NCBI GenBank assembly: GCA_947487385.1
Contig: CANKWU010000004.1
Location: forward strand, 26,061-90,060
DNA: 64,000 nt
Direction: 5' to 3'
DNA from: Spartobacteria bacterium
GTDB lineage: Bacteria; Verrucomicrobiota; Verrucomicrobiia; Chthoniobacterales; UBA6821
Shown: piece after piece, positions 26,585-36,584 of the stretch
How positions within the stretch are numbered: the stretch's first letter is position 1
Layout of the letters: each line of letters begins with the position of its first letter
Made by a program: the position numbers and the translations under genes
The notes under the pieces: model-generated
The model's input: only the letters and a program-made list of their open reading frames with translations
What the model was told of the DNA's origin: nothing
Databases searched by the model: none

Positions 26585-27339
26585 GCCTCATCCGCTGCTC
26601 CTCCTGCGATCAGGATAACTCCTCCTCGTTGGTTTATTGCAGTCATTGCGGAGCGATCCTGTCAAGACATCCTCAGGGTGAGGGGAATCCGCCCCTTCCC
26701 GCATCGGTGGCTCTTGCGGCCAGCCGGGTGCAACGATCTTATGCAGCCCCCATAGACCCGAAGGGGGAACGTTCCTTGTTTTCCCATTTCTGGGGAATCT
26801 TTCGTTACCTCCTGTCGGTTGCCATTGGTGTCGCGGTTGTGCTTGCCCTGATGAATCCAAAAGCTCCGATTCCCGACTCCCGGCCTATTCCCAATGCCTC
26901 TACCATTCTTCAGCAAAATATCCTGGGGACGAGGGGAGTCCCGGTGACGCTCTCACAACCGCTCATCAATCAGGCCCTCGCTCAGGCGAGTAAAATCAGT
27001 TGGACTCCTCTCTTTGGTGTCCTACCGATGCCGGAGTGGGTGAATAGTTCGGTGATTCTTTCCAATGATGGCTTTACTTATTTGGTGATCATCAACTCAT
27101 TCTCTTATCCCCTCTACCTTTCAGAATCATTCAGACTCTCCGGTTCCTCCGGCCAGTGGAATTTGATCCCCGAGTCGGCAAGGATCGGATTGCTTCCCTT
27201 GAACGGTGCTCTTTTGTCACTGATCACCCCATTGATAAGATCCTGTTCCACCCCTTTTTCCAAGGAGTTGCAGGTGTTAAAAATGGCTGAGACATTGCGG
27301 ATTCGTTCCGGCTATCTCGACTTGATTGCACGTCCGTAA
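26581..27339 (+). CDS. Zinc-ribbon membrane protein, function unknown
   Basis: N-terminal CSSCD...CSHCG zinc ribbon, then one TM segment (FRYLLSVAIGVAVVLAL). The start overlaps the upstream stop (ATGA). Confidence 0.6.
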   Translation: MSLIRCSSCDQDNSSSLVYCSHCGAILSRHPQGEGNPPLPASVALAASRVQRSYAAPIDPKGERSLFSHFWGIFRYLLSVAIGVAVVLALMNPKAPIPDSRPIPNASTILQQNILGTRGVPVTLSQPLINQALAQASKISWTPLFGVLPMPEWVNSSVILSNDGFTYLVIINSFSYPLYLSESFRLSGSSGQWNLIPESARIGLLPLNGALLSLITPLIRSCSTPFSKELQVLKMAETLRIRSGYLDLIARP

Positions 27340-27352
27340 CCCATCAAATCAA

Positions 27353-28624
27353 ATGAGCGGAGGCGGTGCCTGTGTCCGGATCCTGCTCCTTCTCGTGGCA
27401 TGGAATGCCATTCTGTCTGGTGTTCAGAATGCCGTTGCCAAAGCGTCTGGAATCACCACACCCCAAGGGATCTTCACTCTTCATATAAATGATCAAATGC
27501 ATTCACGAAGCATCGAGTGCTTGATGAGTGGAGTAGAAAAGCGTTTTTACGAACTCACCGGCTTTGAGGCGCAGGATTACCCTCCGGTCGTGGTCGTGCT
27601 GCATGGCCATGAGTCCTCGGAACGTGGGTTGCCAGTTCTCAGGGTAGATGCTTTGGAAGGAGGGCGCCCAAAGATTCAAGTTGATCTTTTGACGCAAGAC
27701 GTTGCGAGTGCAGGAACCCAATCCGGGATCCTACTTGTCTCCTCAATGATTCTTCGAGAGTACTATGGTGGGAGAGCCCTCCAAGTTGGTTCCTCCATTC
27801 CAAAGATTCCCTCATGGTTTTCTCATGGTTTGGCCTACCTTTGCCTGGATGGCATCTCTCGAAAAACCATCCCGGCTCCCTACTTGGAAGGAGGGCCGCC
27901 ACCTGGAATCGAGGCCTTTTTGCTGGAGAAGCCTCCTGATGATGACAATCACCTTCTGCAAGATAATTATAATGCGAGGGCGGCATACCTTCTACAGTCA
28001 GGACTGAATGGGGAGGGTGCCTCCATATTCAGAAAATGGATTCGACCTGACTCTTCCAACGACCAGCATTGCTCATTGTCCTCATTACCGATCTGGCCGT
28101 CTGATTGGCCGATGCAGAAGATTGAGAGGAGGTGGCTTTTACTGATGGCTGCTTCTTCCCATGAAGTGAAAAGTACTATTGAACAGCTAACCCCCTCAGG
28201 GAGCCTTCGTAAGTATGATAACGTTGTAAAAGAGATTCCTATGGATGCCTCCTCGTTCCAAAAACTTTGCATGGAGAGAGGATGGGATTTTACCTCCCAG
28301 GGAATCTGCTCAAAACTGAGCGCTCTGCGTCAGCAGTCAAATCCCCTAGTTGCTCCCCTCATCGAGGGGACAATGGATCTCCTGAAATCAGGCAGAAGTC
28401 TCCCGGACAAGAAACTCAGCGAACGACTATCTGCCCTAAAACTGCTTCGAGCGGATATTCTTAGACAATCTCAAGCCATCGATGCCTATCTCGACTGGTA
28501 TGAAGCAGCGAAATTACCCGTCAGCAGCGGTCTTTTCGATCAGTATCTTAAATCATCCGAATCTACGATTCGGAAAGGTCCGGTAGGCCGTTATCTCGAT
28601 GCGATCGAAAGCAGGGGATGGTAA
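27353..28624 (+). CDS. Hypothetical exported protein
   Basis: ATG 27353 gives the signal-like MSGGGACVRILLLLVAWNAILSGVQNAVA. It lies 13 nt after the upstream stop. No domain recognised. Confidence 0.55.
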   Translation: MSGGGACVRILLLLVAWNAILSGVQNAVAKASGITTPQGIFTLHINDQMHSRSIECLMSGVEKRFYELTGFEAQDYPPVVVVLHGHESSERGLPVLRVDALEGGRPKIQVDLLTQDVASAGTQSGILLVSSMILREYYGGRALQVGSSIPKIPSWFSHGLAYLCLDGISRKTIPAPYLEGGPPPGIEAFLLEKPPDDDNHLLQDNYNARAAYLLQSGLNGEGASIFRKWIRPDSSNDQHCSLSSLPIWPSDWPMQKIERRWLLLMAASSHEVKSTIEQLTPSGSLRKYDNVVKEIPMDASSFQKLCMERGWDFTSQGICSKLSALRQQSNPLVAPLIEGTMDLLKSGRSLPDKKLSERLSALKLLRADILRQSQAIDAYLDWYEAAKLPVSSGLFDQYLKSSESTIRKGPVGRYLDAIESRGW

Positions 28625-28872
28625 TTCCTTTTCTCTAATAGATTGTGACCCACACACAGGCTTTCAAACAAGCTCATTAGCGATTTCTTATTCCTCTTAT
28701 CTCCTCTCAGGTTTTGTTGGTTCCATGCTTAAAAGTTTAAAAATCTTCAATCTAAAAAACCTTTTCCCTGTTCTTTCAGTTGACCCGAAGGGGGCGATCC
28801 TCCATAGTTACCAATCCCCGACCCACTGTCTTGGAATCCTTCCTGACCCGTGAGTCGGGAAATCTTACTGCC

Positions 28873-30138
28873 ATGAACTCTGAATTTATTGCCATGCTCG
28901 ACTATCTCGAGCGTGAAAAAGGTATCAAGCGCGAGATCCTCATCGAGGCAATCTCCTCGGCCCTTGTGGCTGCTTCAAAGAAGAGCTTTTCGTGCTCCCG
29001 CGACGTGCGGGTCGATATTAATCCTAAGAGTGGAGCAATCAGAGCCTTTGCGAAACCGCTCGTAGTCGATGAGGTTACAAACGCTCAGGAAGAGATAACT
29101 CTAGCCAAGGCGAGGTTGGCCAACAAAGAGGCCCAGATTGGCGACTCCGTCGAGATCGAGGTGACCCCCCGTGACTTCGGTCGTATTGCCGCTCAGACGG
29201 CTCGTCAGGCGATTGCCCAGCGCATCCGCCAGATTGAGAAGGAGATGATTTACGAGGAGTTCAAGGACCGGGCTGGAGAAATTGTCAGCGGTACTGTTCG
29301 TCGATTCGACCGCAGCGATGTTGTTCTGGATCTAGGGAAGTTTGAGGGTATCATGCCCTCGCGTGAGCGAGTGAGTACAGAGGAGTACAACATCGGCGAC
29401 CGCATTCGCGCCTATGTCGTTGCTGTGGAGAATGGTGTCCGCGGTCCGGAGATTATTCTTTCCCGGAGCCATCCTAATTTTATTCGCCGTCTCTTTGAGA
29501 TCGAGGTCAGCGAGATCGCTGATCATACAGTAGAACTCAGGGCTATTGCCCGCGAAGCCGGTTTCCGCACCAAGATTGCGGTTCACAGTTCCAATGACAA
29601 GGTCGATCCGGTTGGTGCTTGTGTCGGCATGCGCGGTGCCCGTGTGAAGAATATCGTCCGCGAACTCAATAATGAGAAGGTGGATATCATTCGCTGGTTT
29701 GAAGATCCGAAGGAGTTCGCTCGCGAGGCTCTCAAACCAGCCCGTATTCGTAGCATTGAAGTGGACGAGCCCTCGCGTACACTCCGGATAGCCATCGAGA
29801 AGGAGGATCTTGCCTTGGCAATTGGCAAGCGTGGCCAGAATGCCCGTCTCACTTCCCGATTAACCGGCTGGGAAATTGATATTCAGGAGGATCGTTCCGC
29901 TGCCGAAGCTTTTGAACAGCAGATGGGCGGAGCGGCGCACCAGTTGGCCACGATGCTTGGAATCTCTGAGGATGAGGCCAAGACTCTTGCAGCCGGTGGC
30001 ATGAATTCCGTCGAGGTGGTCGTGACTGCAGAGTCATCCGATATCGATGGGATCCTCAATTGCGGTTCCGAGAAGGCTGATGCCATCCTTAATGCCGCTA
30101 AGAACCAAATCTCCTCCAGAGGGCAGGTTTCGGCTTAA
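28873..30138 (+). CDS. nusA: Transcription termination/antitermination factor NusA
   Basis: MNSEFIAMLDYLEREKGI N-terminus, an S1 domain, and KH motifs GACVGMRGARVKNI and IGKRGQNARL. The ORF-track start at 28780 is an upstream extension. Confidence 0.95.
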   Translation: MNSEFIAMLDYLEREKGIKREILIEAISSALVAASKKSFSCSRDVRVDINPKSGAIRAFAKPLVVDEVTNAQEEITLAKARLANKEAQIGDSVEIEVTPRDFGRIAAQTARQAIAQRIRQIEKEMIYEEFKDRAGEIVSGTVRRFDRSDVVLDLGKFEGIMPSRERVSTEEYNIGDRIRAYVVAVENGVRGPEIILSRSHPNFIRRLFEIEVSEIADHTVELRAIAREAGFRTKIAVHSSNDKVDPVGACVGMRGARVKNIVRELNNEKVDIIRWFEDPKEFAREALKPARIRSIEVDEPSRTLRIAIEKEDLALAIGKRGQNARLTSRLTGWEIDIQEDRSAAEAFEQQMGGAAHQLATMLGISEDEAKTLAAGGMNSVEVVVTAESSDIDGILNCGSEKADAILNAAKNQISSRGQVSA

Positions 30139-30200
30139 GTGCTGCAAACAATGCCTTTCCTCTCGATTTCCTCGAGGGAACCGGTGTCAGAAATTTTATA

Positions 30201-32381
30201 ATGGTCTCCAAAGTCACTACTTCCAAATCTACCGCTTCCATGGGAGCTCAAGCTAAAACCTCCAAATCGGCAGGTTCAAAGTCACCTTCTCGTGCCTCGC
30301 GAGCAGGTACGGTCTCAGGGGCTCGCGGATCTTCTTTCGCTTCCAAGGGGAAGCCTGCTGCGACATCGCCTGTCACCGAGAAGAGCGAGCCTACCAAGGT
30401 TTTCATCAAGACTTCGGATCTCCCAACCCTTTCTCTGATTGATGAGCCAGCTCCCAAGAAAAGGGTGACTTCTACTGGAAAAGCCCTTCCTCGCATCGGT
30501 GCGGAAGAGCATGCCGCCTCAACACCCTCACCGATTCCCGTGAGTGATATTCCTCCTGAGGAGGAGGTTGAGGCGGAAGCCATCGTCATTGCGGATGACA
30601 ATCGCCGAGTGATTCACATCAAGCCTCCGATCCTGATCAAGGAACTTGCGACTCAGATGGAGGTGCCTCCTTTTAAGATTATCAAGGATCTGATGGGAAT
30701 GCAGATCTTTGCCAACATCAATCAGTCTGTTGAACCGGAAATTGCTTCGAAGCTCTGTGATATGTATGGGCTGCTCTTCGAGCGTGAAAAGCGAGTCTCC
30801 GGCGGCGGAGTCCACAAAGAAGAGAAGATCGTTGTCGAGCCCCCCAAGCCAGTTGAGGAGAAGCCTGAATCGAACAAACTTCGAGGACCCATCATTACCT
30901 TCATGGGGCATGTCGATCACGGCAAGACCTCCCTGCTCGACGCGATCCGGCGTGCAAAGGTGGCCTCCGGCGAAGCCGGTGGCATCACCCAGCGCATTGG
31001 TGCCTACTCCATCGAATGGAAGGGCCATCCTATCACTTTCATCGACACTCCGGGTCATGCCGCCTTCTCGGCAATGCGTGCACGAGGTGCCAATGTCACG
31101 GATATTGTGGTTCTTGTAGTGGCCGCCGATGATGGCCTCATGCCCCAGACTCTCGAGGCTCTCAGTCATGCTCAGGCGGCAAAGGTCACAATCATGGTGG
31201 CGATCAACAAGTGTGATCTCAAGACCGCCAATATCGACCGTGTGAAGCAGCAACTCCAAGACAAGGGGCTCGTACCTGAGGATTGGGGGGGAGATACGGT
31301 AGTTTGTGAGGTTTCGGCTACCACAGGTAAAGGGATTGATAACCTGCTTGAAATGATGTCCCTTCAGGCCGAAGTTTTGGAGCTCAAAGCCAATCCCGAT
31401 CAGCCGGCTCGTGCCAGTGTGATTGAGGCTCAGGTTGAGGCTGGCCGTGGCCCCACTGCCGTCATTATTGTCAATACTGGCACACTGCGTGTTGGTGATG
31501 CCTTCATTTGTGGAAACTATTGGGGCAAGGTAAAGCAGCTTATCAACGAGGATGGAGAAGCTTTTAAGAGCGCCGGTCCGGCCATTCCCGCCAAGGTTCT
31601 TGGACTGAGTGGACTGCCCAGTGCCGGTGACGAGCTTGTGGTCATGGAGAACGAACGCTCTGCCCGCCAGCTGAGCGAGGAGCGTCTCGGCGCCCATCGC
31701 CAGGAGAAGCTTGCCGCACCAAGGCGCGCCACTCTTGAGAATCTTTTCGCGAACTTGGAGGCGGAACAAAAGAAGGTTCTTCAGATCGTTCTCAAAGCCG
31801 ACATGCAGGGGTCGCTCGAGGCGATCATCGGCATGCTTGCTGACATTCCCCAGGAGAAGATCGACCTCAAGATCATCCATTCTGCCGTCGGACCGATTAC
31901 CGAGAGCGACGTCCTGTTGGCCGGTGCCTCGGATGCCATCATTATCGGCTTCGGGGTCAAGGTGGAGAACAGCGCCAACAACGCCGCCCGTAAAGAGGGC
32001 GTTCAGATCAAACTCTTCAGCATCATCTACGAGCTTGCAGACCAGTTACGTGAGGCAATGACGGGACTCCTCGATCCGGAAGTTCGCGAAGCCATCATCG
32101 GTCATGCCGAGGTGAAGCAGATCTTCGACCTTTCCCGAGGCATGGTTGCTGGCAGTATTGTTCTAGATGGTCGCATCTCTCGTACGGCTCGTGCTCGTGT
32201 CCTGCGTCGCCGTCAGGCTGTCTATGACGGAGGCCTCTCAACGCTTCGTCGCTTCACCGAGGATGTCAAGGAAGTCAGGGCCGGTGTCGAGTGCGGCATT
32301 CGTCTGGGAGATTTCTCGGAATATGAAGTCGGTGACATCATCGAGTGCTACACGCTCGAGAAGGTGGCTCAGGCTCTCTGA
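30201..32381 (+). CDS. infB: Translation initiation factor IF-2
   Basis: [20 protein letters not shown] and NKCD GTPase motifs, with a low-complexity N-terminal region. Confidence 0.95.
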   Translation: MVSKVTTSKSTASMGAQAKTSKSAGSKSPSRASRAGTVSGARGSSFASKGKPAATSPVTEKSEPTKVFIKTSDLPTLSLIDEPAPKKRVTSTGKALPRIGAEEHAASTPSPIPVSDIPPEEEVEAEAIVIADDNRRVIHIKPPILIKELATQMEVPPFKIIKDLMGMQIFANINQSVEPEIASKLCDMYGLLFEREKRVSGGGVHKEEKIVVEPPKPVEEKPESNKLRGPIITFMGHVDHGKTSLLDAIRRAKVASGEAGGITQRIGAYSIEWKGHPITFIDTPGHAAFSAMRARGANVTDIVVLVVAADDGLMPQTLEALSHAQAAKVTIMVAINKCDLKTANIDRVKQQLQDKGLVPEDWGGDTVVCEVSATTGKGIDNLLEMMSLQAEVLELKANPDQPARASVIEAQVEAGRGPTAVIIVNTGTLRVGDAFICGNYWGKVKQLINEDGEAFKSAGPAIPAKVLGLSGLPSAGDELVVMENERSARQLSEERLGAHRQEKLAAPRRATLENLFANLEAEQKKVLQIVLKADMQGSLEAIIGMLADIPQEKIDLKIIHSAVGPITESDVLLAGASDAIIIGFGVKVENSANNAARKEGVQIKLFSIIYELADQLREAMTGLLDPEVREAIIGHAEVKQIFDLSRGMVAGSIVLDGRISRTARARVLRRRQAVYDGGLSTLRRFTEDVKEVRAGVECGIRLGDFSEYEVGDIIECYTLEKVAQAL

Positions 32382-32448
32382 TTCTCACCCACAGCGGGCT
32401 CTCCTCGAAAGCCTAGAACGCCAGAGTGCTAAGACACCCCATATCACC

Positions 32449-32838
32449 ATGAGTCTTCGAATGTTACGGGTCTGCGAACTGATCAAGCGCGAGCTTGGGA
32501 CCATCATTGGTCGTGAGATGAAGTTCGAGGCCCCTCTGGTTTCCGTGCGCGCTGTCGATGTCACGCCCGATCTTAAGCAGGCCCATGTCGCCATCAGTGC
32601 CATTGGGACAAAATGGCAGAAAGAACAGGCTATCCTTAAACTCACGGAGAAACGCCAGCATCTCCAGCATGAGCTATCACGCCGGGTGATCCTGAAGTAC
32701 ACTCCGCATCTTCACTTCGATCTAGATGAGTCGATCGAGCGCGGGACACGGGTGCTAAGCTTACTGGAAGAGATCGAGGCGACATTACCCCCTGACGAGC
32801 CAAGCGAAAGCGTAAACCCTGAAAATATCAAAGGATGA
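32449..32838 (+). CDS. rbfA: Ribosome-binding factor A
   Basis: MSLRMLRVCELIKRELGTIIG.. is a typical RbfA N-terminus, in the conserved position after infB. The ORF-track start at 32167 overlaps infB and is rejected. Confidence 0.9.
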   Translation: MSLRMLRVCELIKRELGTIIGREMKFEAPLVSVRAVDVTPDLKQAHVAISAIGTKWQKEQAILKLTEKRQHLQHELSRRVILKYTPHLHFDLDESIERGTRVLSLLEEIEATLPPDEPSESVNPENIKG

Positions 32839-33824
32839 AAAACGTAGCCTTTCCCGAAATCCGGGAGGCTCTTCGGAGCCGGAAACGCATCCTGGTGGCC
32901 AGCCATCTCCGTCCTGATCCAGATGCCTATGGATCAACGATTGCGGCAGCCCTCTGGCTTCTATCGGAGGGACACGAGGTCACCGTCTGGAACGAGGATG
33001 GCATGTTGGAGAAGTATGCATTTTTGCCCTCCTCGGAACTTGTGACGGCTCCGCCTTCATCACCCGTATCATTCGACGTGGTGCTGGCCCTCGACACCTC
33101 TGTCAAAAACCGTCTCGGCACCGTGCTTGATGCTATTGCTGGATCTCCTCTCTGGATCTGCATCGACCATCACAAGAGTAATGAGGGCTATGCTGATCTG
33201 AATCTTATCGATCCCTCACGACCAGCGACGGCACAGATCCTTGCGGAGGCTTTCCTGAATGAGGGAATCACCATCACACCTGAGATGGCGACCAATTTCT
33301 TTGCGGCCATTTCCACGGATACGGGCTCTTTTCAGTACGAAGGAACTACTGATCGTACTTATGAGGTCGGGGCCGAGTTAATCAGGCGCGGGGTCAATGT
33401 GGCTGAACTCTCCAGATCTCTTTACGAGAACCAGCCTCGCCGCCGACTGGAACTCCTCAAACATGCTTTGGTGAACGCGCGTTTCACCAGCCACGACAGG
33501 GTGGCCAGCTTCGCTCTTTCTCTTGCCGATGTGGAAAAGTTGGGAATCATTCCCGAGGATAACGAGGGGATTATCGACACCCTCCGTTCTGTCGAGGGGG
33601 TCAAGGCTGCGGCTTTCTTCGAGGAAATGCCTGACGGAATGGTAAGGCTTAGTCTTCGTTCAAAGGACCCTAACTTTGACGCCTGCAATCTTTGTCGTCA
33701 GTTCGGTGGCGGCGGCCATTCCATGGCCTCGGGGGCGCGTATCATGGGATCGTTCGTCGAAGTTCAGGAGAATGTTCTCTCGGCTATTGATTCCGCCCTT
33801 GGTTCCTTGGCAAGACCGCTTTGA
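32835..33824 (+). CDS. nrnA: DHH/DHHA1 phosphoesterase (NrnA-type oligoribonuclease/pAp phosphatase)
   Basis: HLRPDPDAYGS, CIDHHKSN (DHH) and GGGGHSMASGA (DHHA1). There is a 4-nt overlap with rbfA. Confidence 0.85.
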   Translation: MKNVAFPEIREALRSRKRILVASHLRPDPDAYGSTIAAALWLLSEGHEVTVWNEDGMLEKYAFLPSSELVTAPPSSPVSFDVVLALDTSVKNRLGTVLDAIAGSPLWICIDHHKSNEGYADLNLIDPSRPATAQILAEAFLNEGITITPEMATNFFAAISTDTGSFQYEGTTDRTYEVGAELIRRGVNVAELSRSLYENQPRRRLELLKHALVNARFTSHDRVASFALSLADVEKLGIIPEDNEGIIDTLRSVEGVKAAAFFEEMPDGMVRLSLRSKDPNFDACNLCRQFGGGGHSMASGARIMGSFVEVQENVLSAIDSALGSLARPL

Positions 33825-33848
33825 CTCACCTTCCATAATCATTTTTCC

Positions 33849-34571
33849 ATGTTTGCTGATTCCCTCATCGATGGTGTCCTTCCGATTGACAAAGCCCCGG
33901 GCATGACCTCTCACGATGTCGTGGCGATCGCCCGCAAGGTGCTCGGAACGAAAAAGATCGGCCATTGCGGCACCCTGGATCCGATGGCTACCGGTCTTCT
34001 GCTCCTGACCCTCGGCAAGGGCACCAAGATCCAGGACCTGATCATGAGCGAGGACAAGGAGTATGAGGGGACGATGAAGTTCGGCGTCATGACAGATTCT
34101 CAGGATGCGGACGGGGAGATCACGGAGACTCGTGAGGTTCCGGAGTTCACTCAAGAACAGATTGAAGCCGCCTTTGCCAAATATGACGGTGATTTCTACC
34201 AGACCCCTCCCATGGTTTCGGCTATCAAGAAAGATGGAGTAGCCCTCTACAAGCTCGCACGTCAGGGCAAAATAGTAGTGAGGGAGCCTCGATTCGTTCA
34301 TATCTACGCCCATCATCTCCTCGGATTGAGGCTGCCGGAGGTTGATTTCCGGGTGGTCTGTAGCAAGGGATTCTATGTCAGGACCTATGCCTTCGATATT
34401 GGCAACGATCTTGGGTGTGGAGCTCATCTCAGCGCCTTGCGCCGCACCAAGTCGGGGAGGTTTGACGTGAGCATGGCTTTCCCAGCCGCTGATCTCAAGA
34501 CCGCTCCGCGGGAAGCGATTCTGGAAAAACTCCTGACCCTTCCTCAGGTCTCGCGACTCCGGGGAGCGTAA
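33849..34571 (+). CDS. truB: tRNA pseudouridine(55) synthase
   Basis: KAPGMTSHDVV and GHCGTLDPMATGLL (catalytic Asp motif). Confidence 0.93.
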   Translation: MFADSLIDGVLPIDKAPGMTSHDVVAIARKVLGTKKIGHCGTLDPMATGLLLLTLGKGTKIQDLIMSEDKEYEGTMKFGVMTDSQDADGEITETREVPEFTQEQIEAAFAKYDGDFYQTPPMVSAIKKDGVALYKLARQGKIVVREPRFVHIYAHHLLGLRLPEVDFRVVCSKGFYVRTYAFDIGNDLGCGAHLSALRRTKSGRFDVSMAFPAADLKTAPREAILEKLLTLPQVSRLRGA

Positions 34572-34594
34572 AAACTTTCCTGCAGAGTTTTTTA

Positions 34595-34741
34595 ATATGG
34601 AACTCAGGAACTCAGGAAAAAACTGAGAACTGAAGTGAAATTGTTAGAGACTGAATCTGAAATGCCTCGCTTAGCTTTTCATAGGGATTCTTGATTCTGT
34701 TTCCTGCTGGCAATCACTTCCTGATTTCCTGATTTCCATAT
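34595..34741. repeat. TTCC-octamer inverted-repeat element, copy C (no ORF inside)
   Basis: ATATGGAACTCAGGAACTCAGGAA (34595-34618) and TTCCTGATTTCCTGATTTCCATAT (34718-34741) are complementary at 22/24 positions with a ~99-nt spacer. The right arm ends 9 nt before the ribF ATG. Confidence 0.85.
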
Positions 34742-34750
34742 TTTTTCTCC

Positions 34751-35680
34751 ATGAAGATCCTACACTCCGTCGGCGAACTTTCATCATTGAAGGGGCCCAT
34801 TGTCCTCGCAGCGGGGACATTCGATGGATTGCATTTCGGCCATCAGGCCCTGATTCGTTGTGCCATGGAAGAGGCTGCTACCTGCAGTGGAACGGCAGTC
34901 GTCCTGACCTTTGACCGCCATCCTGCTTCTTTACTTCGTCCTGAGAAGGCTCCGAAACTTTTGACCCGCAATAAGCAGAAAATCTCGCTTCTGGAAGGAC
35001 TGGAGGTTCCCACACTATTGATGCTGGAGTTCACCCGTGAGCTGGCATCGGTGCCTGCCCGTGACTTCATCTCATCGCTGGCTGATTCCTGCTCCCCTCT
35101 TCACGCAATCTGCGTGGGATCTCAATGGTCCTTTGGCCGTGGGGGTGAGGGGAATGTGGATCTCTTGAGGGAACTGGGTTCAGTGCACGGATTCGGTGTC
35201 ATCCAGATTGATCCGTTCGAAGTGGAGGGGGCACCAATTAGCAGCACCAGGATCCGAGCTGCCATTACCTCCGGGGATCTGGCCCAAGCTAACGCATGCT
35301 TGGGCCGAGCCTTCCTGCTCACGGGAACTGTTGTCTCAGGGGCTGGACTCGGAATGACGATCGGCTTTCCGACTGCAAATCTTGATGTCGAAGGGATGCA
35401 GTTGCCTCCCGACGGGGTCTATGTGGTCAAGGTTTTGCATGAAGACGTCGTTCATTCCGGAGTCTGCAATATCGGTCTCCGTCCCACCGTCGACGCCTCG
35501 GCCAAGCGTCGTGTGGTCGAGGTGCATCTCTTCGATCTTTCTCAGAACCTTGTGGGAGAGGAACTCTTGCTGGAGTTCGTTTACTACCTCAGAGGAGAGC
35601 AGAAGTTTACGGGGTTGGAAGAACTCAAGGCCCAAATCGCCCGCGACTGTGAAAAATCGAGGGAACTCCTCAGTTCCTAG
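34751..35680 (+). CDS. ribF: Bifunctional riboflavin kinase / FMN adenylyltransferase
   Basis: GTFDGLHFGHQALI (nucleotidyltransferase) and GFPTANL (riboflavin kinase). Confidence 0.93.
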   Translation: MKILHSVGELSSLKGPIVLAAGTFDGLHFGHQALIRCAMEEAATCSGTAVVLTFDRHPASLLRPEKAPKLLTRNKQKISLLEGLEVPTLLMLEFTRELASVPARDFISSLADSCSPLHAICVGSQWSFGRGGEGNVDLLRELGSVHGFGVIQIDPFEVEGAPISSTRIRAAITSGDLAQANACLGRAFLLTGTVVSGAGLGMTIGFPTANLDVEGMQLPPDGVYVVKVLHEDVVHSGVCNIGLRPTVDASAKRRVVEVHLFDLSQNLVGEELLLEFVYYLRGEQKFTGLEELKAQIARDCEKSRELLSS

Positions 35681-36584
35681 AAGACTTCAGCGCGGTGCGC
35701 ATGACCTCAAGCGGTGCAGGTTCATTGAACCAGATCTCGAACGCTTTGGCCCCCTGATGGAGGAGCATGGTGAGGCCGTTGGCATCCTTAGAATTGGCAT
35801 CCTTGGCCTGTTTGATCAAAGCGGTGGTGCCTCCGTTGTAGACCGTGTCATAGACCAAGTGATCGCTTTTCAGGAGGTTATCCGGAAGAGGAGAGGGATC
35901 ACCCTCTTTCATTCCCAGAGGGGTTGTATTAACAATCAAGTCAGTGGATTCCAAAGCCTTTGAGATAGCTCCTTGATCAAGAGGGATCGAGGTGATGGGT
36001 GTCCCAAGACGATTGGCGATCTCCTCAGCAAGTCTCTTTCCTTTTTCATGGGAGCGATTGGCGATCGTGATGGAGGGACACTTTTCCAGGGCGCATTGGA
36101 CGGTAATGGCCCGGCCTGCTCCTCCTGCGCCGCCCAGGATGAGGACTCTCAATGAGGAGAGGGCAATCCCGAACTCCTCCTGAATTGCTGCTGCAAATCC
36201 AGGGCCGTCGGTATTGAATCCCAGAAGTCTCCCATCACGTACCGCGACCGTATTGATGGCTCCCATGAGTTGGGCTTCCTTGCTGACCTCGTTAACTAGA
36301 GTGAAGGCCGCCTGCTTGTGAGGCATGGTGAGGTTGCAACCCAAAAAACCCGCTTTTGGCAGCGCCGAAAAGGCGTCAAAAAGATTCTCTGGCGCGACTT
36401 GAATCCGGACATACTGGAATTCATATCCTCGTTCCCTTAAAGCTGCATTCTGAAGAAAAGGAGATGCGGATTTGGCTACTGGATCCCCAAAGATTGCTAG
36501 CCGGGCCGGCGGAGTCAAACTGTGGAAGACCTCACCATTCTCGGCAAGATCCGCTACAGAGAAGACCTCCGAGGAATCACTCAT
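35670..36584 (-). CDS. aroE: Shikimate dehydrogenase
   Basis: N-terminal shikimate-binding region (GDPVAKSASPFLQNAA) and the NADP-binding ILGGAGGAGRAI. The gene converges on ribF and overlaps it by 11 bp. Confidence 0.9.
   Translation of the reverse strand: MSDSSEVFSVADLAENGEVFHSLTPPARLAIFGDPVAKSASPFLQNAALRERGYEFQYVRIQVAPENLFDAFSALPKAGFLGCNLTMPHKQAAFTLVNEVSKEAQLMGAINTVAVRDGRLLGFNTDGPGFAAAIQEEFGIALSSLRVLILGGAGGAGRAITVQCALEKCPSITIANRSHEKGKRLAEEIANRLGTPITSIPLDQGAISKALESTDLIVNTTPLGMKEGDPSPLPDNLLKSDHLVYDTVYNGGTTALIKQAKDANSKDANGLTMLLHQGAKAFEIWFNEPAPLEVMRTALKSSRN

Noticed and set aside
28625-28872. 248-nt gap upstream of nusA, with no rimP and an 84-aa ORF at 28599-28853
   Set aside because: The ORF has no motif or start context and overlaps the upstream gene end. 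Absence of rimP here may simply reflect lineage-specific gene order. I saw no convincing structured leader.
30528-31880. 450-aa ORF on the minus strand
   Set aside because: It is entirely antisense to infB, which has unmistakable GTPase motifs. The translation is low-complexity and Arg/Gly/Leu-rich with no recognisable domain, so it is a typical shadow ORF.
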